NCBI GenBank assembly: GCA_963838085.1
Contig: CAWIPL010000015.1
Span: forward strand, 176,417 to 240,416
DNA: 64,000 nt
Origin: an uncultured Chloroflexia bacterium
GTDB taxonomy: Bacteria > Chloroflexota > Chloroflexia > Chloroflexales > Roseiflexaceae
Direction: 5' to 3'
Part shown: in pieces, positions 1 through 8,900 of the stretch
Layout: every line of letters starts with the position of its first letter
How positions within the stretch are numbered: position 1 is the first letter of the stretch
Notes under the pieces: generated by a model
What the model was told of the DNA's origin: nothing
What the model saw: only the letters and a program-made list of their open reading frames with translations
Databases searched by the model: none
Program-made: the position numbers and the translations under genes

Positions 1-945
1 CAGCTGCGCCTCATCCTCCAGAAACGTGCGCGGCGCGCGCGTGTTGACCATGAGCGTGCCAACCGGCACGCCGCCGATAGTCACCGAGATGCCAAGATGC
101 CCGTGAAACTCTTGCGCCTTCAACAGCGGCGGCAGTTCGTCAAGCGTATCGACAGGTAAGTTGGCGCTTTGCTCTGGAAGATACCACAGGTGCGGATTGA
201 GTTGATCGAGCGTCACCGGCAGGCCAGACGGCGGCAGAAAATGCCAACCATGCGCCGCCAGCAGCGTAGCGGTGCCATGTTGTTCGTCTGCCTCGATAAA
301 CGCGCATGCGTCGGCTTCAAGCAGGCGCGTCCCAACGCGCGCCAGCCGCTGCAACCCCGACTCGAATTCTGTTGCGCCGAGCAAATCCTGCGAAAGTTGC
401 AGCAGCGCGGCCTGCTCCTGCACCCGCCGCACCTTGACCTGCTCGTACAATTGCGTGCGCGTAATGGCGGTGCTGAGGAGATGGCCGACTGCCGAGAGCA
501 GTTCAAGCTGTGCAGTGGAAAAGCGCCCGTATTCGCCCGTCGCGACGTTCAGAATGCCAAGAAGTTGCTCGTCATTGTGGAGCGGCACTGAGGCATGCTG
601 CGCAAGTCCGCGCTTGTCGCCGACGGCGTGCCGCAGCCGGCTGCAACGTACCATGTTGACCGCTTTGGTCAGCTTGCCAGACAGGCACTGCTCCTGGCAG
701 TTGCAGGTGTCCTGCCATGCCGGGCCGGGATAGCTGATGGCGGGCGGCAGATTGTAGCGCGCCGCCAGGCGGAACGGATCGTGCTCGTTGTACAGAAAAA
801 TCCAGCCGGTTTGCAGATTCATCAATTCGACGATGTGCCGAATAGCCCCCTCAAGCGCCTCGCGGAGGTCGGCGGCGCGGTTCAAGGTGTGCGCCAACTC
901 GTTTAACGTTGTCAGTTCGGCCACGCGCCGCTGTGCATCGGTCAT
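1..945 (-). CDS. GAF domain-containing sensor protein, N-terminal portion (3' end lies beyond window start)
   Basis: The minus-strand frame is open from the ATG at 943-945 down to base 1 (MTDAQRRVAELTTLNELAHTLNRAADLREALEGAIRHIVELMNLQTGWIFLY...GILNVATGEYGRFSTAQLELLSAVGHLLSTAITRTQLYEQV...GTLMVNTRAPRTFLEDEAQL). It contains two GAF-like modules. It is missing from the ORF track only because the window edge truncates it. Plus-strand ORFs 169-906 are its shadows. Confidence 0.7.
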   Translation of the reverse strand, partial: MTDAQRRVAELTTLNELAHTLNRAADLREALEGAIRHIVELMNLQTGWIFLYNEHDPFRLAARYNLPPAISYPGPAWQDTCNCQEQCLSGKLTKAVNMVRCSRLRHAVGDKRGLAQHASVPLHNDEQLLGILNVATGEYGRFSTAQLELLSAVGHLLSTAITRTQLYEQVKVRRVQEQAALLQLSQDLLGATEFESGLQRLARVGTRLLEADACAFIEADEQHGTATLLAAHGWHFLPPSGLPVTLDQLNPHLWYLPEQSANLPVDTLDELPPLLKAQEFHGHLGISVTIGGVPVGTLMVNTRAPRTFLEDEAQL

Positions 946-967
946 GGGAGGCATGAATCACTGCACA

Positions 968-1651
968 CTAGTTCAGCTCTTGGTTGTCTTCTGCTGTGCG
1001 CTTGCGGCAGATTGCCACGCCATCGCGCAGCGGGACGATCACCGAATCAAGCTCAGAATGGTTCATGATCGCGCGATTGAATTGCTGAATGCCGCGCACA
1101 GTTGGTGCTGCGTCGTCTTCCAGCACCAGCGCGTTGCACAATACATTGTCCGCGATCAGAAGGCCGCCCGGGCGCAGCAGCGGCAGGCACTTTTCCAATG
1201 ACTGCATGGCCTTCTGATCATCTGGGAAAAACCGTAAAATGTCTAAAAAGATCAGGTCGTACGGGCCATGCTCGTGATCAAGCTCCACGAACCAATCGCC
1301 TTCGCGGATCCGCAAGCATTCGCCGTAACCCGCGCGGATGGCATATTCATGGGCAAGTTGATAGCGCTCGGTTTGCCGCTCAATAGCAGTCAAATGTCCA
1401 CCGTCAGGCGCGACGGCGCGCAAGAGCCAAAGTGCGGCGTAGCCTGTCGCCGTGCCGATCTCAAGCACCTCGCGTGCATTGATGCTTTTGGCAAGCAGAT
1501 ACAGAAACTGACCTTCGACCGGCCCAATCAGCGGCAAACCGCGCAGATGGGCGCGCTGCTCAAGGTCGGCAAGCGCCTCGGGGCGGGGCGGCATCAAGCT
1601 CGCCAGGTAATCTTCAATCGCAATGTTGGTGATGTCGTACGCCATCGCCAT
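968..1651 (-). CDS. class I SAM-dependent O-methyltransferase (caffeoyl-CoA O-MT / YrrM-like)
   Basis: Derived from ORF 968..1774. The likely start is MAMAYD (1651 or 1645), directly after a GGAGGA. SAM-binding motif VLEIGTATGYAALWL, then DLIFLD and LLRPGGLLIADNVL. Confidence 0.8.
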   Translation of the reverse strand: MAMAYDITNIAIEDYLASLMPPRPEALADLEQRAHLRGLPLIGPVEGQFLYLLAKSINAREVLEIGTATGYAALWLLRAVAPDGGHLTAIERQTERYQLAHEYAIRAGYGECLRIREGDWFVELDHEHGPYDLIFLDILRFFPDDQKAMQSLEKCLPLLRPGGLLIADNVLCNALVLEDDAAPTVRGIQQFNRAIMNHSELDSVIVPLRDGVAICRKRTAEDNQELN

Positions 1652-1824
1652 CCTCCTCACGCACATATTGAGCATCAGATCGTGTACGATGATTGTACCA
1701 TGAAAATGGGGACATAGAGATGCAGTATGGTGTTTGCGATGGGGTAGAGCCGATGGTATGCTTGGAGTCCACAATTGGTAAAGCTGCTCCCCAAAGAAAG
1801 CTACAAATTGAGGTATTAATCATC

Positions 1825-2249
1825 ATGCCACATCTTCAACAAGCCCAACTTGCATGCGCCTGCGCTTCCGTGGCGTTTCCATCCGGCATCAGCATTCGCG
1901 CTTGGAACGACGGCGATTACCCAGCCGTGCGCGACTTGGCCGCCGCTGAAGGCTGGACTACGTTGCGCGACCGGCCCGCCGACGGTTTGCGCGCATGGCA
2001 AAACTCCTGGCCGGCTCTCGTTGCCTTTCATGATGATGAAGTGGTTGGCTTTCTGCGCGGGCTGACCGATGGCGCGGTGACACTATACGTCGCGGATCTG
2101 CTCGTTGCTCCGGCGTGGCGCGGGCGCGCCCGCGCCACGCGCTGTACCCAACGGCACGCTTCGATCTGCTCTCCACCAGCATGGCGCACGCCTTTTACGA
2201 ACGGCTCGGCTTCCGTCCGTTTCAGGGCTTTCGCAGAAGCTATGTGTAA
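1825..2249 (+). pseudogene. GNAT family N-acetyltransferase, frame-disrupted as sequenced
   Basis: ATG at 1825 follows a GAGGT. The N-terminal part is in frame 1 (…VVGFLRGLTDGAVTLYVADLLVAPAWRGR…). The canonical GNAT C-terminus (…YPTARFDLLSTSMAHAFYERLGFRPFQGFRRSYV*) is in another frame and ends at 2247-2249. The frames switch inside the GC run at about 2117-2141. The 282-aa ORF 1693..2541 is an artefact of read-through. Confidence 0.55.
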
Positions 2250-2282
2250 TATGTACATTGCTCGCCGTTCGCCTCCTGTTTC

Positions 2283-3098
2283 TCACTCCCGTCCTACATC
2301 GCGCAGATCGAAAACCGGGCCGTCGCTACACAGCATGCGCGGGCCGCGCCGCGTCTCGACCATGCATACGCCGCATGCGCCCACACCGCAGACCAGCGGC
2401 CCTTCGAGCAGCACGCTGGCAAATCTGCGCTCCCAGCGGTACTTGACCGCACGGATCGCGTCGCGCAGTGCCGGTATCTGTTCATTTGGCAGTGCCGCGC
2501 AGATCTGGTCAGCCCATCGGATTGTAGATTGTAGATTGTAGATTGTAGATTGTGATGCTGGTTGATTACTCTGCAATCTGAAATCTGCAATGTGCAATCC
2601 GACAATGCTCTGGTACTCCACCTCGCCCGGCAGCAAAAACGGCGGCAGTAGCATGGCTTCATCGTCTGCGCCGACGACAAGCGTCACGGCACAGTTTTGA
2701 TTTGTGGCTTGCTGCGCCAGCAGTAAGAGTGCAGGTAGTCCTGCGCCCTGCCCGATAAGTAGCAGGTTGCGCGTGCGACGGTCCAGCGCGAAGCCATGAC
2801 CAAACGGCCCAATCGCATCCACCACATCGTCTGCATGACCGCGCGCCAGCCATGCCAGCCCGGGGTCGCCTTCTGGCGCATACAGCAGCCCGATCTGACC
2901 GAGCGTCTCTTCCGCTGCCGCAACGAATAAGGGCCGGCGCAGCAGCGGATCATAGCTGCCCGGCGGACCGCCGCGCACGAGCAGATATTGCCCGGCGCGA
3001 ATGCTGCGGGCCAGCGCCGGCGCGTGCAGCGTAAGCCATCGCAGTCGTGGCGTCACCGGGCGCTGATCAGCGATTGTGAGCAAATGTTGCTGGGCCAT
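2283..3098 (-). CDS. pyrK: PyrK-type FAD/NAD-binding oxidoreductase with C-terminal 2Fe-2S motif (dihydroorotate dehydrogenase electron-transfer subunit-like)
   Basis: Derived from ORF 2283..3242, with the start taken at MAQQHLL (3098). Motifs: RRPLFV, GQGAGLPALLLLA and C-terminal CGVGACGVCMV. It lies immediately downstream of pyrC. No pyrD is in the window. It contains the heptamer-repeat insert at 2519-2607. Confidence 0.7.
   Translation of the reverse strand: MAQQHLLTIADQRPVTPRLRWLTLHAPALARSIRAGQYLLVRGGPPGSYDPLLRRPLFVAAAEETLGQIGLLYAPEGDPGLAWLARGHADDVVDAIGPFGHGFALDRRTRNLLLIGQGAGLPALLLLAQQATNQNCAVTLVVGADDEAMLLPPFLLPGEVEYQSIVGLHIADFRLQSNQPASQSTIYNLQSTIRWADQICAALPNEQIPALRDAIRAVKYRWERRFASVLLEGPLVCGVGACGVCMVETRRGPRMLCSDGPVFDLRDVGRE
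2519..2607. repeat. heptamer-repeat hairpin element inside the pyrK-like CDS
   Basis: (GATTGTA)x4-5, a 15-nt spacer, then CTGCAAT-CTGAAAT-CTGCAAT-GTGCAAT-CCGACAAT. The arms are complementary if G:T pairs are allowed. Confidence 0.8.
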
Positions 3099-3177
3099 GT
3101 TCTTCCAGTCGGAATTATGCAGCAGCAGTATGCAGTCATTACTAGACGGGCAACTGGTGACTGGCGACTGCCGATTG

Positions 3178-4680
3178 CTATTCTTCCTCTTCGTCCAGAA
3201 TGCCTTCGAGCTTCGACGCTTGTTGCAACATACCGGTGGCAATGCCGAAGTTGCCGCGCCGAAAGACGATCTTTCCGCCGCACATTGTCAACATAACCTG
3301 TCCTTTGAGTTGCTGTCCGGCGACCGGCGTGTTTTTGCCTTTCGAGGCGAACTCGTCTGGCTTCACCGTCCACAGCTGGTCTGGATCGAAGATAACAATG
3401 TCGGCCGGCAAGCCGGGCCGCAGCGTGGCTGGCGTGCGCTCCAGAATGCTTGCTGGCCCCTCAGTTAGCTTGGCGAGCATGGTCACGAGGTCGAGTTCGC
3501 CGCGATGTACCAGCGTCATAACCAGACCAAGCGCCGTTTCCAGCCCGGAAATGCCAGGTGATGCGAGACCATATTCTACTTCTTTATCGACCCGGCTGTG
3601 CGGCGCATGGTCAGTTGCGATGATGTCAATTGTGCCGTCGCGTAGGCCCTCGATCAGCGCGTCCACATCTTCTTCGCCGCGCAGTGGCGGGCTGACGCGC
3701 GTGCTGGTGTCGTATGGCGGTAGCAGCGATGGATTCAACCAGCTCGGCAGGCCAAGTTCCGGCTCCATCTGCCGCCGTCTGCGTCCACGCCCGCTGCCAC
3801 CATCGCGGCGGCCTTTGCGCGGTGGCGGCTCCCATGGTTCCAGCGAGCCAAGCACCCAGCGGTCGGTCAATGTCAGATGGTGCGGCGATGCCTCGGCAGT
3901 CACGTGAACGCCGCGCTCCTTGGCGGCCCGAATTAGCGCCACGCCGCCGGCCGTGCTGACATGGCAAATGTGAATATGGCCGCCAGTTTGCTCTGCCAGC
4001 GTAATGTCGCGGGCGATTTGCACTTCTTCAGCCGCAGATGGGTAGCCCGGCAAGCCTAGCCGCGTGCTCACTGCGCCCTCGTGCATGGCCCAGCCATGGC
4101 TCAATGTCAGGTCTTCGCAATGGCTCATAATCGGTACTTCCAACATGGCCGAGTAGGCCAGCGCATTGCGCATGACTGCCGCGTCGCTGACCGGGCTGCC
4201 GTCATCACTGAAGCCGATGCAGCCGGCCTCGACCAGTTCAGCCATCTCGGTCAGCTGCGTGCCGGAGCGCCCGACCGTCACCGCGCCGATTGGCTCGACC
4301 CGCACCACGCCCTGCCGCCGGGCCGTCTCAATGACCTGGCGCACCACACCGGCCGCGTCGTAAGGTGGGCGCGTGTTGGGCATGGCGCAGATTGTGGTGA
4401 AGCCACCGTGTGCCGCCGCCTGCGTCGCCGTGGCAATCGTTTCCTTGTGCTCCTCGCCCGGTTCACGTACATGGACATGGATGTCAATAAATCCTGGCGC
4501 AATCACCGCGCCGCGAGCGTCAATCACCTCGACCTCGCCTTCTGGCAGGTTGATCTGTGTGTTCAGGTCGGCCATGTCGAAGACTTTAGTGACTTTGCCA
4601 TCCTCGACCAGAATGTTACCGACGGTTGCAACGCGCTGTGCCGGGTCGATAATCGAACCATTTTTGATTAAATAGCGCAT
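3178..4680 (-). CDS. pyrC: dihydroorotase
   Basis: Derived from ORF 3178..4878, with the start taken at MRYLIKNGSIIDP (4680). Motifs: DIHVHVREPG, ATDHAPH and a C-terminal amidohydrolase layout. It is about 500 aa because of an Arg-rich insert of about 43 aa. Confidence 0.9.
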   Translation of the reverse strand: MRYLIKNGSIIDPAQRVATVGNILVEDGKVTKVFDMADLNTQINLPEGEVEVIDARGAVIAPGFIDIHVHVREPGEEHKETIATATQAAAHGGFTTICAMPNTRPPYDAAGVVRQVIETARRQGVVRVEPIGAVTVGRSGTQLTEMAELVEAGCIGFSDDGSPVSDAAVMRNALAYSAMLEVPIMSHCEDLTLSHGWAMHEGAVSTRLGLPGYPSAAEEVQIARDITLAEQTGGHIHICHVSTAGGVALIRAAKERGVHVTAEASPHHLTLTDRWVLGSLEPWEPPPRKGRRDGGSGRGRRRRQMEPELGLPSWLNPSLLPPYDTSTRVSPPLRGEEDVDALIEGLRDGTIDIIATDHAPHSRVDKEVEYGLASPGISGLETALGLVMTLVHRGELDLVTMLAKLTEGPASILERTPATLRPGLPADIVIFDPDQLWTVKPDEFASKGKNTPVAGQQLKGQVMLTMCGGKIVFRRGNFGIATGMLQQASKLEGILDEEEE

Positions 4681-4699
4681 GATAGCTCCTAGAGAACGA

Positions 4700-4745
4700 C
4701 TATAGATGATGGACGATAGACGATGGAGTAAGAACCTAGAACCGA
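4700..4745. repeat. heptamer/14-mer tandem repeat in pyrC upstream spacer
   Basis: TAGATGA-TGGACGA-TAGACGA-TGGAGTA-AGAACCT…, directly abutting the REP-like hairpin. Confidence 0.6.
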
Positions 4746-4778
4746 GTTCATGGGCGAACCTCGTGTTCGTCCATGAAC
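4746..4778. repeat. REP-like palindrome GTTCATGGGCGAAC-CTCGT-GTTCGTCCATGAAC
   Basis: 14-bp stem (one G:T pair) with a 5-nt loop. The core GGGCGAACCT..TGTTCGYCC is shared with 44456-44480. Confidence 0.75.
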
Positions 4779-4796
4779 TGAGAACAAACAAGTTCC

Positions 4797-6272
4797 TCAG
4801 TGGCTTGCCTCTCCTGTGCGGCGCAATGACAGTAGCAACCCAATTAGCGCGCCGCAGGTCAACATAATAAAGCTCCATGAGATCAGCGTCGCGGCGGGCT
4901 GCCCAAAGCCGATCTGCGGGCGGTCGAGCGCAAAGCTGACAATTGGCACGTTGCCAAAATTAAGCTGTTGCAGATGCGCCACAAGCGGCGAGTAGGCTGG
5001 CTGGAATAGATAGATTGCGGCGCGGCTCAGATCATCGCCAGCAATCTGGTTGATGTACGTGTTGAAATCCACCAATATGCCAAGCGCATTTACGAATAGT
5101 GAGAGCGGCAGCAGCCCCAGTCCGATCACCAGCCGCCATGCCCGCTGACGAAGCAGCACGCCGAGCGGCAGCACCAGAAACGGCATGAGCGGCACGAGAA
5201 AGCGTGGCCCCCAATTGTGTCCGCCCCACCAGATCCACCATGTCGCGCTAGTCAGCAGCGTGATCAGTGTCAGCAAGCCGATGAACAATGCTTCTACTTT
5301 GAAGCGGCGCGCAAACGGCCACGCAGCAAACGGCAGCGCCAGCAGCAGTGGCACATATAAAAACAACGACTTGCCGGGACTCAGGAGCAGGCCATACAGC
5401 CCGTCCCACAGATTGCCGGTGAAGCCTTCGCCCGCGTAGCCATGGTCGGCAAGCGAGCGGAAGCGCACCCAATTATAGCCCAGCCACAACAGTGCGGCGG
5501 GTAAGGTGCCAAGGAGAAACCAAAGGGTAGGACAAAGGACAAAGGACGAAGGACGAAGAATCACAACCGCTTGTTCGTCGTTCGTCGTTCGTCGTTCGTC
5601 AGAGAATTTGAGCCACAAATACATCACAAACGCAGGTACCAGCGTCACGCCGACCGTACGCGTCAGTACAGCATAGCCGAACGCCAGCCCGGCCAGCAAC
5701 GGATGCTGCGCGTAGATGGCGTAGGCAGCAACAAGCAGGCACGCGCCGAACAACGGCTCGCTGAAGAAGAAGCGGCTGTATGGCCATGCCAGCGTGCCGA
5801 GGCCGAACAGCAGCGCCAGCGCCACGCCAATCCAAGCCGATTTGTACAGCCGCGTCGCCCACATGCACAGCACGCCGCCTGCAAGCGCCGTTGCCATGGC
5901 AGGCAGCAGCAGTGCCACGAACTGTCCAACATAAAATGCCCGCTCGGGCGCGGCCAGCCAGCGACCCAGTACGTAGCGCCCAAACCAATGCAGCGGCGCG
6001 GCCAGCAGCGGCTGGCCCAGGCCGTATTTCGAGAACAGTACACCGTCGGCGCGCCGCACGACCTGAGGGTACACTGCGGCGGCGGCGGGCAGCGTCACAG
6101 TGTGATTCTCTGCAATGCGCGTCGCCGTGATGCGCATGACCTCGCCGTCGCTGATGAATGGCTGCCCGCCCGTCGAGAGCAAGTACACGCCGAGCAGCAG
6201 CAGCGTCACCCAGAAGGCTGAAGATCGAGCGTGGAACAGAGAAAATAGTGGTGTACGCGACGCTTGTCGCAT
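4797..6272 (-). CDS. polytopic membrane protein, GT39/ArnT-like (phospholipid-carrier-dependent glycosyltransferase family)
   Basis: 491-aa ORF with more than 10 hydrophobic helices. The N-terminal loop (GGQPFISDGEVM…FSKYGLGQPLLAAP) is typical of GT-C enzymes. It sits between pyrB and pyrC with tiny spacers. It contains the heptamer insert at 5527-5601. Confidence 0.6.
   Translation of the reverse strand: MRQASRTPLFSLFHARSSAFWVTLLLLGVYLLSTGGQPFISDGEVMRITATRIAENHTVTLPAAAAVYPQVVRRADGVLFSKYGLGQPLLAAPLHWFGRYVLGRWLAAPERAFYVGQFVALLLPAMATALAGGVLCMWATRLYKSAWIGVALALLFGLGTLAWPYSRFFFSEPLFGACLLVAAYAIYAQHPLLAGLAFGYAVLTRTVGVTLVPAFVMYLWLKFSDERRTTNDEQAVVILRPSSFVLCPTLWFLLGTLPAALLWLGYNWVRFRSLADHGYAGEGFTGNLWDGLYGLLLSPGKSLFLYVPLLLALPFAAWPFARRFKVEALFIGLLTLITLLTSATWWIWWGGHNWGPRFLVPLMPFLVLPLGVLLRQRAWRLVIGLGLLPLSLFVNALGILVDFNTYINQIAGDDLSRAAIYLFQPAYSPLVAHLQQLNFGNVPIVSFALDRPQIGFGQPAATLISWSFIMLTCGALIGLLLSLRRTGEASH
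5527..5601. repeat. heptamer-repeat hairpin element inside the GT39-like CDS
   Basis: GGACAAA-GGACAAA-GGACGAA-GGACGAA, an 11-nt spacer, then CTTGTTC-GTCGTTC-GTCGTTC-GTCGTTC-GTC. Six of every 7 positions are complementary. Confidence 0.8.
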
Positions 6273-6275
6273 GAA

Positions 6276-7259
6276 CTACTCTCCTGCCAGCCGGTACAGC
6301 ATCGCCATGCGCACCGCCACGCCGTTCGTCACCTGTTCTTCGATCACCGACTGCGCCCCGGTCGCTACATCGGGCGTGATCTCGACGCCTTCGTTAATGG
6401 GGCCGGGATGCATCACCAGGCAGTGTGGTGCGGCGCGCTTGACGCGCTCGGCGTTGACGCCAAAGAAACGGCTGTATTCGCGCAGCGTTGGCAAAAGGCC
6501 CGACTGCTGCCGCTCCTTCTGAAGTCGCAAGGTCATGATCACGTCGGCATCGCTCACGGCCTCGTCAAGATCGGTGGTAATGTGAATCTGCGGCCAGGTC
6601 GTTTTCCAGAAGGCCGGGCGACCGAGCAGCGTGTGCGGCGCGCAGAGCGTCACATGCGCGCCCATGGTCGTCATGCCCCACAGGTTCGAGCGGGCGACCC
6701 GGCTATGAACAATATCGCCGACGATCACGATCTTCAGCCCCTCAATGCGCCCAAGCCGCTCATTGATGGTGAACAGGTCGAGCAGCGCCTGCGTGGGATG
6801 GGCGTGTCGCCCGTCGCCCGCGTTCAGCACTGAGCCGCGAAAGTGCTGCGCGACAAAGTACGGCGCGCCCGCCTGGCTGTGCCGCATGACCAACACATCA
6901 CCGCCAAGCGCTTGCAATGTCCGCACTGTGTCGAGCAGCGACTCGCCCTTCTCCACGCTGCTGCCTTTAGCCGTCATGGAGACGACGTTGGCCGACAATG
7001 CGCGGGCGGCAAGTTCGAACGAAATACGGGTGCGGGTGCTCTCCTCGAAAAACATGTTGACCACGGTTTTGCCGCGCAGCGCCGGCACCTGCTTGATCGT
7101 GCGCCCCAGCACCTCCTTCATGCTTGCCGTGGTTTCCAGCACTTCCTCGATCTCGATGCGTGTAAAATCGTCCAGATCGAGCACGTGGCGGCGCTGGCCG
7201 TTGCGGAACGCGGGCCGCGTATCAGCTGTTGGAGGGGCAGGTAGCTCAAGGGTCGTCAT
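6276..7259 (-). CDS. pyrB: aspartate carbamoyltransferase catalytic subunit
   Basis: Motifs STRTR, HPTQ and HPGP, and full-length similarity of layout (…FFEESTRTRISFELA…GDGRHAHPTQALLD…VMHPGPINEGVEI). Confidence 0.95.
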   Translation of the reverse strand: MTTLELPAPPTADTRPAFRNGQRRHVLDLDDFTRIEIEEVLETTASMKEVLGRTIKQVPALRGKTVVNMFFEESTRTRISFELAARALSANVVSMTAKGSSVEKGESLLDTVRTLQALGGDVLVMRHSQAGAPYFVAQHFRGSVLNAGDGRHAHPTQALLDLFTINERLGRIEGLKIVIVGDIVHSRVARSNLWGMTTMGAHVTLCAPHTLLGRPAFWKTTWPQIHITTDLDEAVSDADVIMTLRLQKERQQSGLLPTLREYSRFFGVNAERVKRAAPHCLVMHPGPINEGVEITPDVATGAQSVIEEQVTNGVAVRMAMLYRLAGE

Positions 7260-7262
7260 TGA

Positions 7263-8021
<759 letters not shown>

Positions 8022-8029
8022 TCTTTTTT

Positions 8030-8059
8030 ATCTTAGCACGGTTCGTGCAGCATTGTCAA
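8030..8059 (-). promoter_or_regulatory. sigma70-type promoter for the pyr operon leader
   Basis: The minus strand reads TTGACA, an 18-nt spacer, then TAAGAT, positioned just upstream of the PyrR binding hairpin. Confidence 0.5.
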
Positions 8060-8158
8060 TGTTGTCATGTACACTTAATGTGCAGCGCGTTGGAGTTGAC
8101 GCAGCCAATTAAATCATCTAGACTTCGTGTAATAAAAACATGTACAGAAAGACAATCC

Positions 8159-8764
8159 ATGCTTGCTCCCAACATTGAGGAAGACATTGCCGCGCTGGCT
8201 GCCCGCTACGGTGAGCCGCGTCACATCCGCGTCACGCTTACCGGCGCGCCCTTTCGCCCGCTCTCCTCCGACGACCGGATTGGGGAGGTGTGCATGGTCG
8301 TGCGCCGCCTGAACGGCAAGTTCATCACTGCTATCAAGACCTTTTACCCGCCCGGCGCGTTTCGCCTGTTGACCGGCGGCATCGATCATGGCGAGGCGGT
8401 TGAAGCGGCGCTGTTGCGCGAAATTGCGGAAGAAACTGGCCTCGATGTGGCAGTGCGGCGCTTCCTGGCGGTGATTGAATACGCGTGGGCAGATGTAGAC
8501 AAGGCTGTCGGCGCAAATCCGTCGTTTGCGACGTTCGCGTTTCTGGTGGATGAAATCGGCGGCACGTTCGGCGTCGTTGACGAGGACGAGCAGATCGGCG
8601 CGTTTCGCGAGGTTGCTGTGGACGAACTGCCCGCGCTGGCCGATACCCTCGACACGGTCGCCGACGGCTACCATCCTGAGATTGAAGGTTCGTGGGCCGA
8701 TTGGGGCCGCTTTCGGGCGGTGGTGCATCGCGCTGTGTACGCGGCGCTAACAAATATGAGCTGA
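8159..8764 (+). CDS. NUDIX hydrolase
   Basis: Derived from ORF 7961..8764, with the ATG taken at 8159 (MLAPNIEE). NUDIX box GGIDHGEAVEAALLREIAEETGL. Confidence 0.8.
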   Translation: MLAPNIEEDIAALAARYGEPRHIRVTLTGAPFRPLSSDDRIGEVCMVVRRLNGKFITAIKTFYPPGAFRLLTGGIDHGEAVEAALLREIAEETGLDVAVRRFLAVIEYAWADVDKAVGANPSFATFAFLVDEIGGTFGVVDEDEQIGAFREVAVDELPALADTLDTVADGYHPEIEGSWADWGRFRAVVHRAVYAALTNMS

Positions 8765-8900
8765 TGCTGATCTATTCCGCATTGCGGCAATCTGATGGCA
8801 TAGTTGGGCATGTGCTGTCACAGCTTGGCGCATATCCTGACGTGATCGCTCAACGTATTGAGCGTGAGTAGAAAATGCTTACAAGGAGCAACCGAGCCGC

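Noticed and set aside
169-906. Plus-strand ORFs 169..591, 272..733 and 595..906
   Set aside because: They are shadows of the edge-truncated minus-strand GAF gene, which has a clean start at 945 and recognisable domains.
1693-2541. 282-aa ORF taken at face value as one protein
   Set aside because: Only residues up to …LLVAPAWRGR look like a real protein (GNAT). The remainder is read-through antisense to the pyrK-like gene. The true GNAT C-terminus is in another frame and ends at 2249.
2519-2607. The heptamer arrays as CRISPR-like arrays
   Set aside because: The period is 7 nt with no spacers and there are only 4-5 units. The arrays are paired with inverted arms, and no cas genes are present. 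They are not CRISPR.
3626-3967. Alternative-frame reading (ORF 3626..3967) as an explanation for the odd Arg-rich segment of dihydroorotase
   Set aside because: One of the other two frames has a stop within the insert and the other gives no plausible dihydroorotase sequence. Neither reconnects to the flanking conserved dihydroorotase motifs. The annotated frame is continuous, so the insert is in frame rather than a double frameshift.
4681-4796. A second PyrR attenuator between the GT39-like gene and pyrC
   Set aside because: The hairpin is strong, but the minus-strand RNA lacks the UCCnGnGAGG loop and has no U-tract. It matches the REP-like family instead.
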